From Bacteroidota bacterium (GTDB lineage: Bacteria; Bacteroidota; Bacteroidia; UKL13-3), in NCBI GenBank assembly GCA_027484685.1, contig JAIXSO010000066.1, positions 785 to 64,784 of the forward strand: a stretch of DNA of 64,000 nt, given 5' to 3'. Below the pieces are notes generated by a model, which searched no databases, was not told the origin of the DNA, and saw only the letters and a program-made list of their open reading frames with translations. How positions within the stretch are numbered: position 1 is the first letter of the stretch; the number at the start of each line of letters is the position of its first letter. Both the position numbers and the translations under genes were made by a program. This document shows positions 37,485 to 48,600 of this stretch, in pieces.

Positions 37485-39617
37485 TTATTTTCCAAATGCT
37501 GCTTTTCCGTCATCTAAGAATTTAACAAAGGCAGCTTCGTCAGTATCAAAAAAACGTGGGCCTGAAAGTTGTTTTTCGTCCCCATCAATTACTATATATT
37601 GTGGCTGTGCAGCAAAATGATATTTTGTAATTTGCAAATCACTGTTTTGCTCTGCAATAGTCTGCTTCAACTTACCATCTCTTGCTGAAGTGTACCATTC
37701 ATTTTCGGGCAATTCAAAACGTTCATCTACATATAACGAAACTATTATAAAATCGTTTTTCAGACGTTTTAACACCTCGGGTTTGGCCCAAACATATTCT
37801 TCCATTTTACGACAATTTACGCAAGAATGACCTGTAAAATCAATAAATATTGGTTTGCCAGTTGCTTTTGATGCAGCTAAAGCTTCTTTGTAATCAAAAT
37901 AACCTGTTAAGCCATGAGGTAAATGAAGGAAATCAGAATGTTTGGTTTTAGGTGCTGAATTGCTGGATGGTTGAATGGTTGAATGGTTGTTATCATTTCC
38001 CAAAATAAAATCCTGTGTACTCATTGGGGGCAATAAACCCGAAAGCGCTTTTAAAGGCGCACCAAACAGACCCGGAATCATGTAAACAGCAAAACAAAAC
38101 GAAAGGCAGGCCAATAAAAATCTTGGAACACCTACATAAGGCATATCGCTATCGTGGCTAAATTTAATTTTACCCAATAAATAACAACCTAACAAAATAG
38201 CAAGTACAATCCAAATGGCTAAATAAATTTCTCTATCTAATATTCTCCAATGGTAAACTACATCAGCATTTGAAAGGAATTTAAATGCAAAAGCAAGTTC
38301 TACAAAACCCAAAACTACTTTAACTGAATTTAACCAACTTCCACTTTTTGGCATGCTTTGTAACCAACTTGGAAATATAGCAAACAATGTAAATGGTAAT
38401 GCAAATGCTAAAGAAAAACCAAACATGGCTACAATTGGTCTTAAAAACTCACCTTTAGTAGCTGCTTGTCCTAATACTGCGCCTGCAATTGGACCAGTGC
38501 ATGAAAACGAAACTAAAGTTAGCGTAAAGGCCATAAAAAATATACCACCAAAACTTCCTAAACTCGATTTTTTATCAATAGAATTAACAAAACCGCTTGG
38601 TAATGTAATTTCAAATAATCCTAAAAATGAAATACCAAAAACGAAGAAAATTGCAAAAAACAACAAATTGGGAAGCCAATGCGTACTTATAATATGACCA
38701 GCATTTTCGCCAAATATAACAGATACAATGAGTCCAATAACAGTGTAAATAAATATAATAGACCCTCCAAAAGTTAAACCTTTTAAAATACCTTCCATTT
38801 TGGTAGCACTTTTTTTGGTAAAAAACGAAACCGTCATAGGAATCATAGGGTAAACACAAGGAGTGGCTAAGGCTGCAAAACCAAAACCAAATGACAATAA
38901 AAATAATGCAAGCAAGCTTGAGTTTTTTATTTTATCTTCTAAATTATCTTCCGTTTTACTTGCTGACACAGCTGTTATAGCAGCTTTATCAGAATTAGTT
39001 GATACATTGATATCCTTCTGTTTTATTGGAGTTTCTGCTCCTACTAATTCGGCTGGTTTTGTTTCGGCTGATGCTTCAATTACTTCAGGAGTTGTCTCAG
39101 GTGTTGCTGGTGTTTCAGCCGAGGCAGTAACTTGTAATCCTTTTAACTCATATTCTTGCTCGTAAGGAGGCATACACATACCTGTAACCTCTGAACATTC
39201 TTGAAAATAAATGCCCACTTTTACTTTAGGTTTAGCCGAAAGTAACTTAATTTTTTGAATGAATTTAGCAGTACCTTTCATTACACTTACTGTACCTTTC
39301 CAAACTTCTTCGTAATGTTTATGGCTACCCACAGGTTTGGTTTTGCCAACCAAGGCATAACTTGGGTCTTTTTTCCAAGTAAATTCAGCAGCTATTGGCC
39401 CCAAATTAGGGTCCATATCATTGCTATACATGTACCAATCTTTTTCAATTACACTGGTTAAAACAATTTCTATTTCATCACCAATTTTAGCAGTTGGTTT
39501 GCTGCTAACCATTTTCCAAACAGGTTCTTTTTTAAGCTGCGCAAAAACAGCCATAGATGAAATACTGAATAACAGTACAAGGAGTAAAAATTTGTTTCTT
39601 AAACTAATCATATGCAT
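37485..39617 (-). CDS. dsbD: Thiol:disulfide interchange protein DsbD (protein-disulfide reductase)
   Basis: N-terminal DsbD-alpha domain after the signal peptide MISLRNKFLLLVLLFSISSMAVFAQ. Ala/Glu/Pro/Thr-rich linker. An 8-TM cytochrome-c-biogenesis-type core with a CxxxxP-type Cys (ATPCVYPMIP). C-terminal thioredoxin domain with CVNC. The start was moved to an internal ATG that gives a proper signal peptide. Confidence 0.85.
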   Translation of the reverse strand: MHMISLRNKFLLLVLLFSISSMAVFAQLKKEPVWKMVSSKPTAKIGDEIEIVLTSVIEKDWYMYSNDMDPNLGPIAAEFTWKKDPSYALVGKTKPVGSHKHYEEVWKGTVSVMKGTAKFIQKIKLLSAKPKVKVGIYFQECSEVTGMCMPPYEQEYELKGLQVTASAETPATPETTPEVIEASAETKPAELVGAETPIKQKDINVSTNSDKAAITAVSASKTEDNLEDKIKNSSLLALFLLSFGFGFAALATPCVYPMIPMTVSFFTKKSATKMEGILKGLTFGGSIIFIYTVIGLIVSVIFGENAGHIISTHWLPNLLFFAIFFVFGISFLGLFEITLPSGFVNSIDKKSSLGSFGGIFFMAFTLTLVSFSCTGPIAGAVLGQAATKGEFLRPIVAMFGFSLAFALPFTLFAIFPSWLQSMPKSGSWLNSVKVVLGFVELAFAFKFLSNADVVYHWRILDREIYLAIWIVLAILLGCYLLGKIKFSHDSDMPYVGVPRFLLACLSFCFAVYMIPGLFGAPLKALSGLLPPMSTQDFILGNDNNHSTIQPSSNSAPKTKHSDFLHLPHGLTGYFDYKEALAASKATGKPIFIDFTGHSCVNCRKMEEYVWAKPEVLKRLKNDFIIVSLYVDERFELPENEWYTSARDGKLKQTIAEQNSDLQITKYHFAAQPQYIVIDGDEKQLSGPRFFDTDEAAFVKFLDDGKAAFGK

Positions 39618-39764
39618 TTGTTTTAAAAAATTGGGTAAGGGCAAATGTAAAAGTATTTTACAAAACACAATTATCAATATTTGCTTAAATTGACATATTG
39701 ATGTCAAATCATAAAAAAACCCCGAACTTTTTCAAATTCGAGGTTTTAAATATTTATAGGTTAA

Positions 39765-40328
39765 TTATTTTTTAGGTGCAACTGGAGGTGCAGCTTTTGG
39801 AGCAGGTGGCGCTTCAACAATTCCTAATTTCTTTTTTACCATGGCTGTAACATCATCGCCTTCTGGTTTGTAAAGCATTCCAGCTGTATTGCTATCAAAA
39901 ACATAAGCATAACCTGATTCTTTAGCTACTTGAGCAATTGCAGCTTTTGCTTTGTCAACTATCGGCTTTAATAATTCAGATTCTTTTTTACGACTGTCTT
40001 CTACAGCCGATTGTTGAAACTCTTGAATACGCTCTTGTAATTGGCGTAATTCTTTTTCTTTAAACTCGCGCATTGTAGGGCTCATAGTACCTTGATTTTT
40101 TTCATATTCTTTGTACTTAATTTGAAACTCTTCTTGTAATTTACCTAAATCATCTTCTAACTGTTTTTGGTATTTTTCCATATCAGCATTTGCTTTTTTA
40201 TACTCTGGCATTGCTACCATAACTTCTTGCAAATCTACATAACCTAATTTTTGAGCATTTGCTACAAATACTCCACCGCAAAGCGCAAATACCATTGCCA
40301 ATGCAAATTTTCTAATGATGCTTTTCAT
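39765..40328 (-). CDS. OmpH/Skp-family periplasmic chaperone
   Basis: 187 aa with a signal peptide. Coiled-coil OmpH fold. Ala/Pro-rich C-terminal tail. Confidence 0.85.
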   Translation of the reverse strand: MKSIIRKFALAMVFALCGGVFVANAQKLGYVDLQEVMVAMPEYKKANADMEKYQKQLEDDLGKLQEEFQIKYKEYEKNQGTMSPTMREFKEKELRQLQERIQEFQQSAVEDSRKKESELLKPIVDKAKAAIAQVAKESGYAYVFDSNTAGMLYKPEGDDVTAMVKKKLGIVEAPPAPKAAPPVAPKK

Positions 40329-40356
40329 TTCTGTTTATTATTTATTGTTTTTAAAA

Positions 40357-40941
40357 TTATCGTTTACCTCCACCCGTGTTTGGAGCCGGATTTTCAGGTT
40401 TTAATTGGTTTTTAGTTGGTTTATCAATTGCTATGCCAAGTTCTTTTAAAACTTCATCGCTCATATCGTATTTAGAATTGGTGTAAAGCATTACTACCTC
40501 GCCACCTTTAGCAAATATAAAGTCGTAAGCACGAGCTTTGGCCACTTTTTGAACTGCATCGTAAACTTTATCTTGAATAGGTTTTACCAATTCCTGACGT
40601 TTTTTAAACAATTCTCCTTCGTAACCAAACTTTTTATTTCTAAAATCTCTCAATTCATCTTGCTTAACTTTTAATTCTTCAGCGCGTTTCTTTTTCATTT
40701 CATCGCTCATTAAAATTTGCTCAGCATTAAACTCCTTTTCAGCCTTTTCAAGTTCTTGCATTTTACGCTCCATTTCTTTTTGCCAATCTTCGCTCATGGC
40801 ATCTAATTGCTTTTGGGCCGAACGATACTCAGGCAACAAATCTAAAATATACTCTGTATCTACATAAGCAAATTTTTGAGCATAAACTTTGCTAGCACCA
40901 AGTGTTAGCAAAACTGTAAACAAAACAAATATTTTTTTCAT
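40357..40941 (-). CDS. OmpH/Skp-family periplasmic chaperone (second paralogue)
   Basis: Start moved to the ATG that gives the signal peptide MKKIFVLFTVLLTLGASKVYAQ. Tandem skp paralogues downstream of bamA are typical of Bacteroidota. Confidence 0.85.
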   Translation of the reverse strand: MKKIFVLFTVLLTLGASKVYAQKFAYVDTEYILDLLPEYRSAQKQLDAMSEDWQKEMERKMQELEKAEKEFNAEQILMSDEMKKKRAEELKVKQDELRDFRNKKFGYEGELFKKRQELVKPIQDKVYDAVQKVAKARAYDFIFAKGGEVVMLYTNSKYDMSDEVLKELGIAIDKPTKNQLKPENPAPNTGGGKR

Positions 40942-40981
40942 AATAGCTAAAACAATTTTTAGTGTTTTTAGTATAATTTTT

Positions 40982-43486
40982 TTAAAACTGTTGTCCAATT
41001 AAGAAATGGAAATTACCTCCATTAACACCTTGACGCAATGGAACATCATCAATACCCCATCCATAATCCAAACCAATCATACCAAACATTGGCAAGAAAA
41101 TGCGAACACCCATACCATAACTTCTGTATAATTTAAAAGGGTTAAAATCTTTAAACTGCAATTGCGCATTTCCAGCTTCAACAAATACTAACGGAAACAC
41201 AGTTGCCTGAGGATTTAAAGAAATTGGATAACGCAACTCCATGGTATATCTATTATAAACTGTGGCACCTTTAGGTGCAGTTTGTCCCGTATTTGGATCA
41301 GTATATAATGGAGTTAAAGTATTGTCTTGGTAACCACGTAAAGCTACTAACTCACGGCCATCTAAATTAAAACCAGTAAGACCTGCACCACCAACCCAAA
41401 AGCGTTCAAAAGGTGTTATTCCTAAACTGCTGTTATAATTTCCAATGGCACCAAAGTTAACGCGGGTCATAAATACTAAATCGCCAAAAATTCTATTAAA
41501 AAACGTAGCATCAAATTTCCATTTATGAAACTCTAACCAGCGCATGTTTTGCGATGTATTAACATTGGTAAATAATGAATATGGAGGTGTAAGTTGTAAC
41601 GACAACGAAATATTTGAACCAGAACGTGGATAAATAATTTGGTCGGTAGAGTTTCGCCCTAATATCATCCTAAAGCTAATATTGTTTGAAACACCCTGTG
41701 CAATAGACGAAATATAAGGCAATCCAGTTGAGCTATACTTGTGATCGTATTGCTGAAAACTACCTTGATATTGTAACACAAAATAATCATCAGGCCATTT
41801 TAAACGTTTACCTAAACCTACAGTTAAACCAGTAGTAAATAAACCTGTACTACGCGAATCTTCGCTTGAAAAACCATTGGTTTGACGAGAATGGAAAACT
41901 GAAACACTTAAAGCATTTGGTTTTTTACCACCTAGCCAAGGTTCAGTGAAAGATGCTGAGTAAGATTGAAAAAAGGTTCCATTGGTTTGCGCTCTTAACG
42001 AAATACGTTGACCATCGCCACTAGGAATTGGATTCCAAGAGCTAGCTCTTGAAACTTTACGTGCTGAAAAATTATTAATGGTTAAACCCAAAGTACCAAT
42101 AATCATACCTGCTCCCCAACCACCCGAAAGCTCAATTTGGTCGTTTGCACGCTCTTCCACTTTATACTCAATATCAACAGTTCCTGTTGCTGGGTTTGGA
42201 ACAGGATTAACACCTAAAGCTTCGGGGTTAAAGTATCCAATTTGGCTTAATTCACGCAAACTTCTGGTAATATCAGAACGACTAAATAATTGACCTGGTT
42301 TAGTACGCAATTCGCGTAGAATAACGTGGTCACTAGTTTTGGTATTTCCCTTAACAGTTACCTTATTAATTCTTGCTTGTTCGCCTTCGGTAATTCTAAT
42401 TTCCAAATCAATACTATCGTTTTCAATTAAAACTTCTACAGGTTCAATTCTAAAAAACAAGTAGCCATCGTCCATATACAAGGTACTAACATCCAACCCT
42501 TGCTGACTCATGTTCAAGCGTTCATCAAGCAAGGTTTGATCGTAAATATCGCCTCGCTTAATATTTAAAACCCTATGTAAATCAGCATCCTTATACTTAG
42601 AATTACCAATAAACTTAATGTTTCTAAAATAATATTTTAAACCTTCGTTTATTACCATTTTTATGTTCACATTTTGGTCTTTTCCTCTCCAAACTGAATC
42701 AGACACAATTTGAATATCGCGGTAACCCAAACTCAAATATTTTTCAATAATCTTCTGTTTATCGTCACTGTAATTGTCTTCAATAAACTTTGATTTGGCA
42801 AAAAGTCTTTTTTTCCATTTAGTTTCTTTCATTTGAGCCCTAACTTGTTTATCGGTTAAAGCCGTATTACCTTCAATAATTATGTTATCAATTTTTATTT
42901 TAGGCCCAGGAGTAACAAATATTTTTAAACGATTGGTATTTTTTACAGCATTGTAATCAACCAATTCAAATTTAACTTTTGTATCAGAACGGCCTTTGTC
43001 AGAGTAAAATTTCTTAATTTCACGCTCTACAGTTACCAATAAATTTTGATTGATGATTTGACCCGATTTCATGGTAAGCGCTTCGCTAATGTCTTCGGCC
43101 TTACCCTTTCTTACACCAATAATACTAAAAGTAGATAATCGAGGTTTTTCTTTTAAAGCTAATTCCAACCAAATTTTTTCATCTTCAATTTTCTGGACTT
43201 TTAGCTTAATATCATCAAATAGTTTTTGTTTCCAAAGAGAAGTAATGGCCTTTGTAACATCATCAGAAGGAATTTTAATTTTTTGCCCAATAGAAATACC
43301 TGCTATAATTTGAATAACACTTTTGTCGTAATAGCTAGTACCTGTTACCTCAAAACCTGCTACAATATAAGTTTTTGCTGCACCATAATCAATTGTTGCA
43401 TAGTTATTTACCGAATCAGCTTGAGAAAAGCCAACCTTTGTAAAACCTAAAATTATTAATGCAATTAATGCAATTTTTTTTATCAT
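40982..43486 (-). CDS. bamA: Outer membrane protein assembly factor BamA
   Basis: About 834 aa. Five POTRA-like domains, then an Omp85 C-terminal beta-barrel ending ...HFLIGQQF. Start set to MIKKIALIALIILG. Confidence 0.95.
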   Translation of the reverse strand: MIKKIALIALIILGFTKVGFSQADSVNNYATIDYGAAKTYIVAGFEVTGTSYYDKSVIQIIAGISIGQKIKIPSDDVTKAITSLWKQKLFDDIKLKVQKIEDEKIWLELALKEKPRLSTFSIIGVRKGKAEDISEALTMKSGQIINQNLLVTVEREIKKFYSDKGRSDTKVKFELVDYNAVKNTNRLKIFVTPGPKIKIDNIIIEGNTALTDKQVRAQMKETKWKKRLFAKSKFIEDNYSDDKQKIIEKYLSLGYRDIQIVSDSVWRGKDQNVNIKMVINEGLKYYFRNIKFIGNSKYKDADLHRVLNIKRGDIYDQTLLDERLNMSQQGLDVSTLYMDDGYLFFRIEPVEVLIENDSIDLEIRITEGEQARINKVTVKGNTKTSDHVILRELRTKPGQLFSRSDITRSLRELSQIGYFNPEALGVNPVPNPATGTVDIEYKVEERANDQIELSGGWGAGMIIGTLGLTINNFSARKVSRASSWNPIPSGDGQRISLRAQTNGTFFQSYSASFTEPWLGGKKPNALSVSVFHSRQTNGFSSEDSRSTGLFTTGLTVGLGKRLKWPDDYFVLQYQGSFQQYDHKYSSTGLPYISSIAQGVSNNISFRMILGRNSTDQIIYPRSGSNISLSLQLTPPYSLFTNVNTSQNMRWLEFHKWKFDATFFNRIFGDLVFMTRVNFGAIGNYNSSLGITPFERFWVGGAGLTGFNLDGRELVALRGYQDNTLTPLYTDPNTGQTAPKGATVYNRYTMELRYPISLNPQATVFPLVFVEAGNAQLQFKDFNPFKLYRSYGMGVRIFLPMFGMIGLDYGWGIDDVPLRQGVNGGNFHFLIGQQF

Positions 43487-43590
43487 TTGTTTATAACGAA
43501 AATACAAGTGTTAAGTTACTTTATGCAACCTATTTCATGTTAAATTTTTATTGCTAAAACATTTACCACTTTCACTATTTCTCTATTTTT

Positions 43591-44337
43591 TTAGTTTGTA
43601 ATTAATTGTTCAGAGGTTTTTCCAAACCTTCTTTCTCTTTGCTGATAGTTTAAAATGGCTTCATACAAATCTTCCTCTTTAAAATCAGGCCAAAGTTTAT
43701 CGGTAAAATAAAACTCAGAATAAGCTAACTCCCATAACAAGAAATTACTCACCCTTTGTTCTCCACTGGTTCTAATCATTAATTCAGGATCAGGCACACC
43801 CTTAGTAGAAAGCTCATTATCAAGCATTTCAGAGGTTATATTATCAACCAATATGTCACCATTTTTTACTTTAGTAGCAATATTTTTAATGGCATTAACT
43901 ATATCCCACTTAGCGCTATAACTTAGCGCTAAAACCATAGTCAAACCTGTATTAGATTTAGTTGCGTCAATCGTTTCTTGTAATTGCAAATAGCATTTTT
44001 CAGGTAAATCTAAAGTGTTACCAATTGACATTAACCTGATATTGTTTTTTTGTAAAGTTGGTGTTTCCTTTTTAATGGTGTCAACCAATAACTCCATCAA
44101 ATCATCGACCTCTGTTTTTGGCCTATTCCAATTTTCGGTACTAAAAGCATAAAGCGTTAAATATTTAATACCAATTTCTGCTGCGGCTTCTACAGTAGTT
44201 TTTACTGCTTTTACACCATTATAATGCCCAAAAATTCGGAATTTACCAAATCCTTTAGCCCAACGGCCATTTCCATCCATAATGATGGCAATATGTTTTG
44301 GTAATTTAGTTGTATCTATTTGGTCTTTTTTTGACAT
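43591..44337 (-). CDS. uppS: Isoprenyl transferase (undecaprenyl diphosphate synthase)
   Basis: 248 aa with the cis-prenyltransferase motifs HIAIIMDGNGRWA and YAFSTENWNRP. Conserved uppS-bamA-skp synteny. Confidence 0.95.
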   Translation of the reverse strand: MSKKDQIDTTKLPKHIAIIMDGNGRWAKGFGKFRIFGHYNGVKAVKTTVEAAAEIGIKYLTLYAFSTENWNRPKTEVDDLMELLVDTIKKETPTLQKNNIRLMSIGNTLDLPEKCYLQLQETIDATKSNTGLTMVLALSYSAKWDIVNAIKNIATKVKNGDILVDNITSEMLDNELSTKGVPDPELMIRTSGEQRVSNFLLWELAYSEFYFTDKLWPDFKEEDLYEAILNYQQRERRFGKTSEQLITN

Positions 44338-44434
44338 GTGTTGGTTTTAGCAAAATCGGACGAAAATAACGAAATTGTTTGAATCAAAAAGCAGAAAAAT
44401 AAAGCCAATATAACCATAATGCATTTTAAGTGCT

Positions 44435-45565
44435 TTACATCATTATATCAGCCAATTGTTTGGCAATATTACTACCTAAAGCAACACCCATCCCATTTAA
44501 CCTAGCTCCAATGAAAATATGATTATCAATTTCTTTTACAATTGGGGATTTATCATTTCCAAAAGCCATAATACCAGCCCACTGCCTATCTATCGCAAAA
44601 TCAATATTTGGCAATATTATGCTTTGTAAATAGTCAATCAATTTTAATTGAATGGTTTCATTTCGTTCGAATTTGGTAGTATTTTCTGTTTCAAAATCAA
44701 CATTTCTTCCGCCACCAAACAAAATTCTATTATGAATATTTCTAAAATAATAAAAACCCTCATCAAAACTAAAAGTACCTTTAATTTTTAAATTTTCAAT
44801 TGGCTTTGTTACCAAAACCTGTCCTCTTCCAGGATTTATAGTCAATTCAGGAAAAATATTTTTTGTGAAAGCATTGGTACAAAATGCTACTTTATTTGCT
44901 ACAAAATGACAATTTAATCCATCAGATGATTGACAATTTAAAGAAACCTGTCCATTATTAATCGAATAATTTTCAACCAAAGCTCCGGTTATTATTTTTA
45001 CACCTAAATTAGTTACATAATTTATTAAGGAGTTCATCATCAAACCGGTATCAATTTGCCCTTCAAACGAGTTGAAAATAACTGAATTTATTTTCTCAGT
45101 TGAAAAACCAAATCTTGAAACAGCTTTACTATCTTCTGAAAAAACATTTTGATTAAATATTGGATAAAGTAAATTATTAATAATTGGTAATTTTTCCAAA
45201 ACATTATTTGAACTATCATTTAAAACAAGCTCATAACCACCATTATTTTGAAAATCTATATTTATATCTCCTAGTCTGTTCCTTAATGCAACCAAACCAT
45301 TTATTCTACTATTCACCAATTCAAGGAGTGCTTTTTCTCCCATGATTTTTAAATCGTAAGCAAGTTCAGAAACAGATCCAAAACAAGCAAAACCAGCGTT
45401 TTTAGTAGAAGCACCTGTAGGCAATAATCCTTTCTCTAAAACCAAAATCTTAGCACTATTCTTTCGCTCTTTAATTTCGGCAGCTAACGAAAGTCCCGTA
45501 ATACCCGAACCAACAATTATAAAATCATATTCAGTAAAATATTGCTGTTCCCAATAACTAATCAT
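44435..45565 (-). CDS. FAD-dependent oxidoreductase (DAO/glycine-oxidase-like)
   Basis: Rossmann dinucleotide-binding motif DFIIVGSGITGLSLA at the N-terminus. Start set to the ATG for MISYWEQ.... The track ORF begins at a TTG inside the upstream terminator hairpin. Confidence 0.7.
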   Translation of the reverse strand: MISYWEQQYFTEYDFIIVGSGITGLSLAAEIKERKNSAKILVLEKGLLPTGASTKNAGFACFGSVSELAYDLKIMGEKALLELVNSRINGLVALRNRLGDINIDFQNNGGYELVLNDSSNNVLEKLPIINNLLYPIFNQNVFSEDSKAVSRFGFSTEKINSVIFNSFEGQIDTGLMMNSLINYVTNLGVKIITGALVENYSINNGQVSLNCQSSDGLNCHFVANKVAFCTNAFTKNIFPELTINPGRGQVLVTKPIENLKIKGTFSFDEGFYYFRNIHNRILFGGGRNVDFETENTTKFERNETIQLKLIDYLQSIILPNIDFAIDRQWAGIMAFGNDKSPIVKEIDNHIFIGARLNGMGVALGSNIAKQLADIMM

Positions 45566-45581
45566 AATTTCAATTATAAAT

Positions 45582-45618
45582 AAAAAAGCTGCCTTCAGCA
45601 ATGTGAAGGCAGCTTTTT
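45582..45618 (-). terminator. Rho-independent terminator ending the sigma / anti-sigma / giant-adhesin transcription unit
   Basis: Hairpin agctgccttca/gcaatg/tgaaggcagct. On the minus strand it is followed by a T-run, 20 bp past the stop of the 1984-aa gene. Confidence 0.7.
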
Positions 45619-45636
45619 AAGTGTGTTACAACTAAT

Positions 45637-48600
45637 TTATTGTCTAATTAAAGTAATTGAACCTCTTACGGTTTTTTCTTCGCCACCACGCAATTGGTAA
45701 GTGAACAAGTAGTAATAAGTTCCAGCAGGATTTTCAGCACCATCATTATTGGTTTTTCCGTTCCACATTTTTTCAGCGTTATCGCTTTCAAAAATAGTGT
45801 TACCCCATCTGTTCCAAACAATTAAACTATATTTTTTGTATCCAACAATTTCAATTTTGAACTCATCGTTCTTACCGTCACCATTTGGAGTAAATACATT
45901 TGGAATATTGATTTTACTCTTAGGTAAAATAACTTGAATTATTTTACAAACTGAATCAGGACAACTTTGTGTACCAGCCACATCAGCTATAATACACACA
46001 TTGAACGATCTTGAAGAATCAATATTAAAGGTTTGAATAAAGTCATTCAAATCGCTTGATTCATCGAAATCTTTAGGGAAACCTTCGTAAAGACTTCCAT
46101 CAGGATTGTAGATTTTCCAAGTGTATTTATCTGATATAACTGTATCAGAGGTATTAACCAATCTAAATCTAGCTTCGCCAGCTTCAGTGGCTGTAAAGTC
46201 TGCTTTTGATTTAGCAGCTACCATAGTAATTGTATCGTAATTAGCACAAGGAGAATACTTGTTATCAAACCTAGTTGAATTTAACACCAATTTATATTGT
46301 CCTACTGCATTAAATTTATACTGCCAACTTGTATCGGTAATATAATTTGTTTTCAGTAATGAATCTATTCTTGTACCAAAATTGGCATCAAATACATCCA
46401 TTCTATACCTAGTAATAGTATCTCGGTCTGAATTGTTAGTTAACCTAAACACTTCACCAACACAAACCGTATCCTTACTTGATAACATATTTACTTTATA
46501 AGGTACATTCACTGATATTATGATTGGTTTTTCAAAACCGTCCACTGTATCAGGGGTAAATACTGGTCTACATGCACTGGCACTTCCATCTTCTGTATTA
46601 TATGCTTCAGCACTTATATAATAAGTACCTGGTTGATCGTAAAAGAATACAGCAGTATCTATTCGAGAGTATTTAATAGGCACAAAATATTTATCTGGAC
46701 GACCAGAACGTATAATAGTTAATTTGGTTGGGGTATCAATGGTAGGGTCACTCCATGGTTCTCTTTCTGGAATACTAACAACTCTAACTCTATGCGGCAC
46801 ACAGCCTAAAGTATCATCTAAAATTACCAAATGAGGACGAGGACCAGCAATAAAGATATCTTTTAATGCAGTGTCAGTACATCCTTGTTCTGTATTAATG
46901 GCAATTCTAAGTGTATATTTACCATTTCTTCTGTAGTCATAAATAGGGTCTTTTAAAATAGACTGAGGCAATTTTGAGTTATAAACTTTATCACCAAACC
47001 ACCATTTCCAACCAGCAATTCTATCTAAAGTGTCTGAAACATCTGCATAATTTTGTAAAACTTGAGTTGAATCTTTGAATATAAATTTATCACCACAAGC
47101 ATAGTAATCTTTTGCATCAATTTTAGCTATTGGCTTCACTACATTCACATATTGAACACAAGTATCCCAACGTCCTGTACTATCAATAGAATACATAGAA
47201 ACCTTATATCTACCATATTTAGGATATTTATGGGTTACTGTAGAAACTTCATTTCCTGTAATTGGAGTATTTGGACGCAAATGATCAATTACACCATCAC
47301 TTTCAAAATCCCAATATACACGTTCGTAGAAATATGTTTTCTCTTTATAACAACGTGCCAGTGGAGTTCCTTGGTCATTATTGATTATAACAGGCGTTCT
47401 AGGATTAGCATTAGTTGTTCCGTATCCAGTTGGGCAAACGGTTAAGGTAGCAGGGAAAACTTTATAATCTGTGAAATCATAAATAGGCGTTGGTCTGATT
47501 GAATCAAGAGGATAATTTGTTCTGGTATATGCCCATTGGTGCATATTTCCTCGGTCATGATGCAATAAATCATTCTCTTGAGCTGGAATATTCAACGGAC
47601 GAGAACAATTGGTTGATGGATACCAATACCTAACAGAATCTCTAAAAAAGACTGTTTGACCTTCACAGAAAACAGTATCCAATTGGCCATCACCATTTAA
47701 TATGTCGAATGTATCAATTACACCAATAACAAGATTCGATTTAGCAAAACTTTGGCAACGTGAATAGGTATTGGTAACCATGATATGATTAACTTCTGTA
47801 ATGTCGCCTTTTCTTTCTAAATTTCCACTTCCACCAATTATCATTTGTTCAAATGAAGATTTATAGTACCTATGAGTAATTGGAGTAAACAATAAACTTG
47901 AATCCCTCACATTGATAGTAGTATCATATTTAGGAAATAATTTATTTACATCATCGCAAGCATATTTTATTTCAATAATAGTATCTTTTCTTAATCTAGT
48001 ACCAACATTAAAATATTCAGCATATTGGAATTCCCATGGCAGCGTTAAAGCATTAAAGTGGTATCTAATTCTATTATAAGGAATATCTTCACCAGGTTGG
48101 TAGTAGAACGAATCAACTGTAGCTGTTCCATCACCCCAATTCCAAATATCAGCGATTACATTGTCTTGTTGTTCTACTTTGTAATGAAATGTAACATCGT
48201 CTCCCTTACCTCTTAAATAACACATTGAATTTTTGTTATTAAAATCAACATTTTCATATGTAAAGTTTGCAGTAGTATATGCAGCCTCTAATTCAATGAA
48301 TCTAAAGAAATTATGATACCAAACTGTATCACTTATACAACCTGGCAAATTACAATTCGTTGGAGTTAAACAACCTGTTCCTACAATTAATCCAATAGTC
48401 ACAAATCCTTTTTTATCATAAGGCATATTAGTTGCACCAACTGGGCTGCCTCCATTTGGATAATAATAAACAAAGGTAGATCCGCCAGATGCGCTAGTCC
48501 AAGCTTGTGGAGGAGGATTGTAATTTGGGCTATTCCACATAGGAGGCATATTAGTACCACCTGGTGTTAAACCACCTCCAAAACCAACAAATTGATCCAA

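Noticed and set aside
38353-39693. Plus-strand ORFs (114, 100, 68 and 90 aa) inside dsbD
   Set aside because: Antisense to the DsbD TM core. No motifs.
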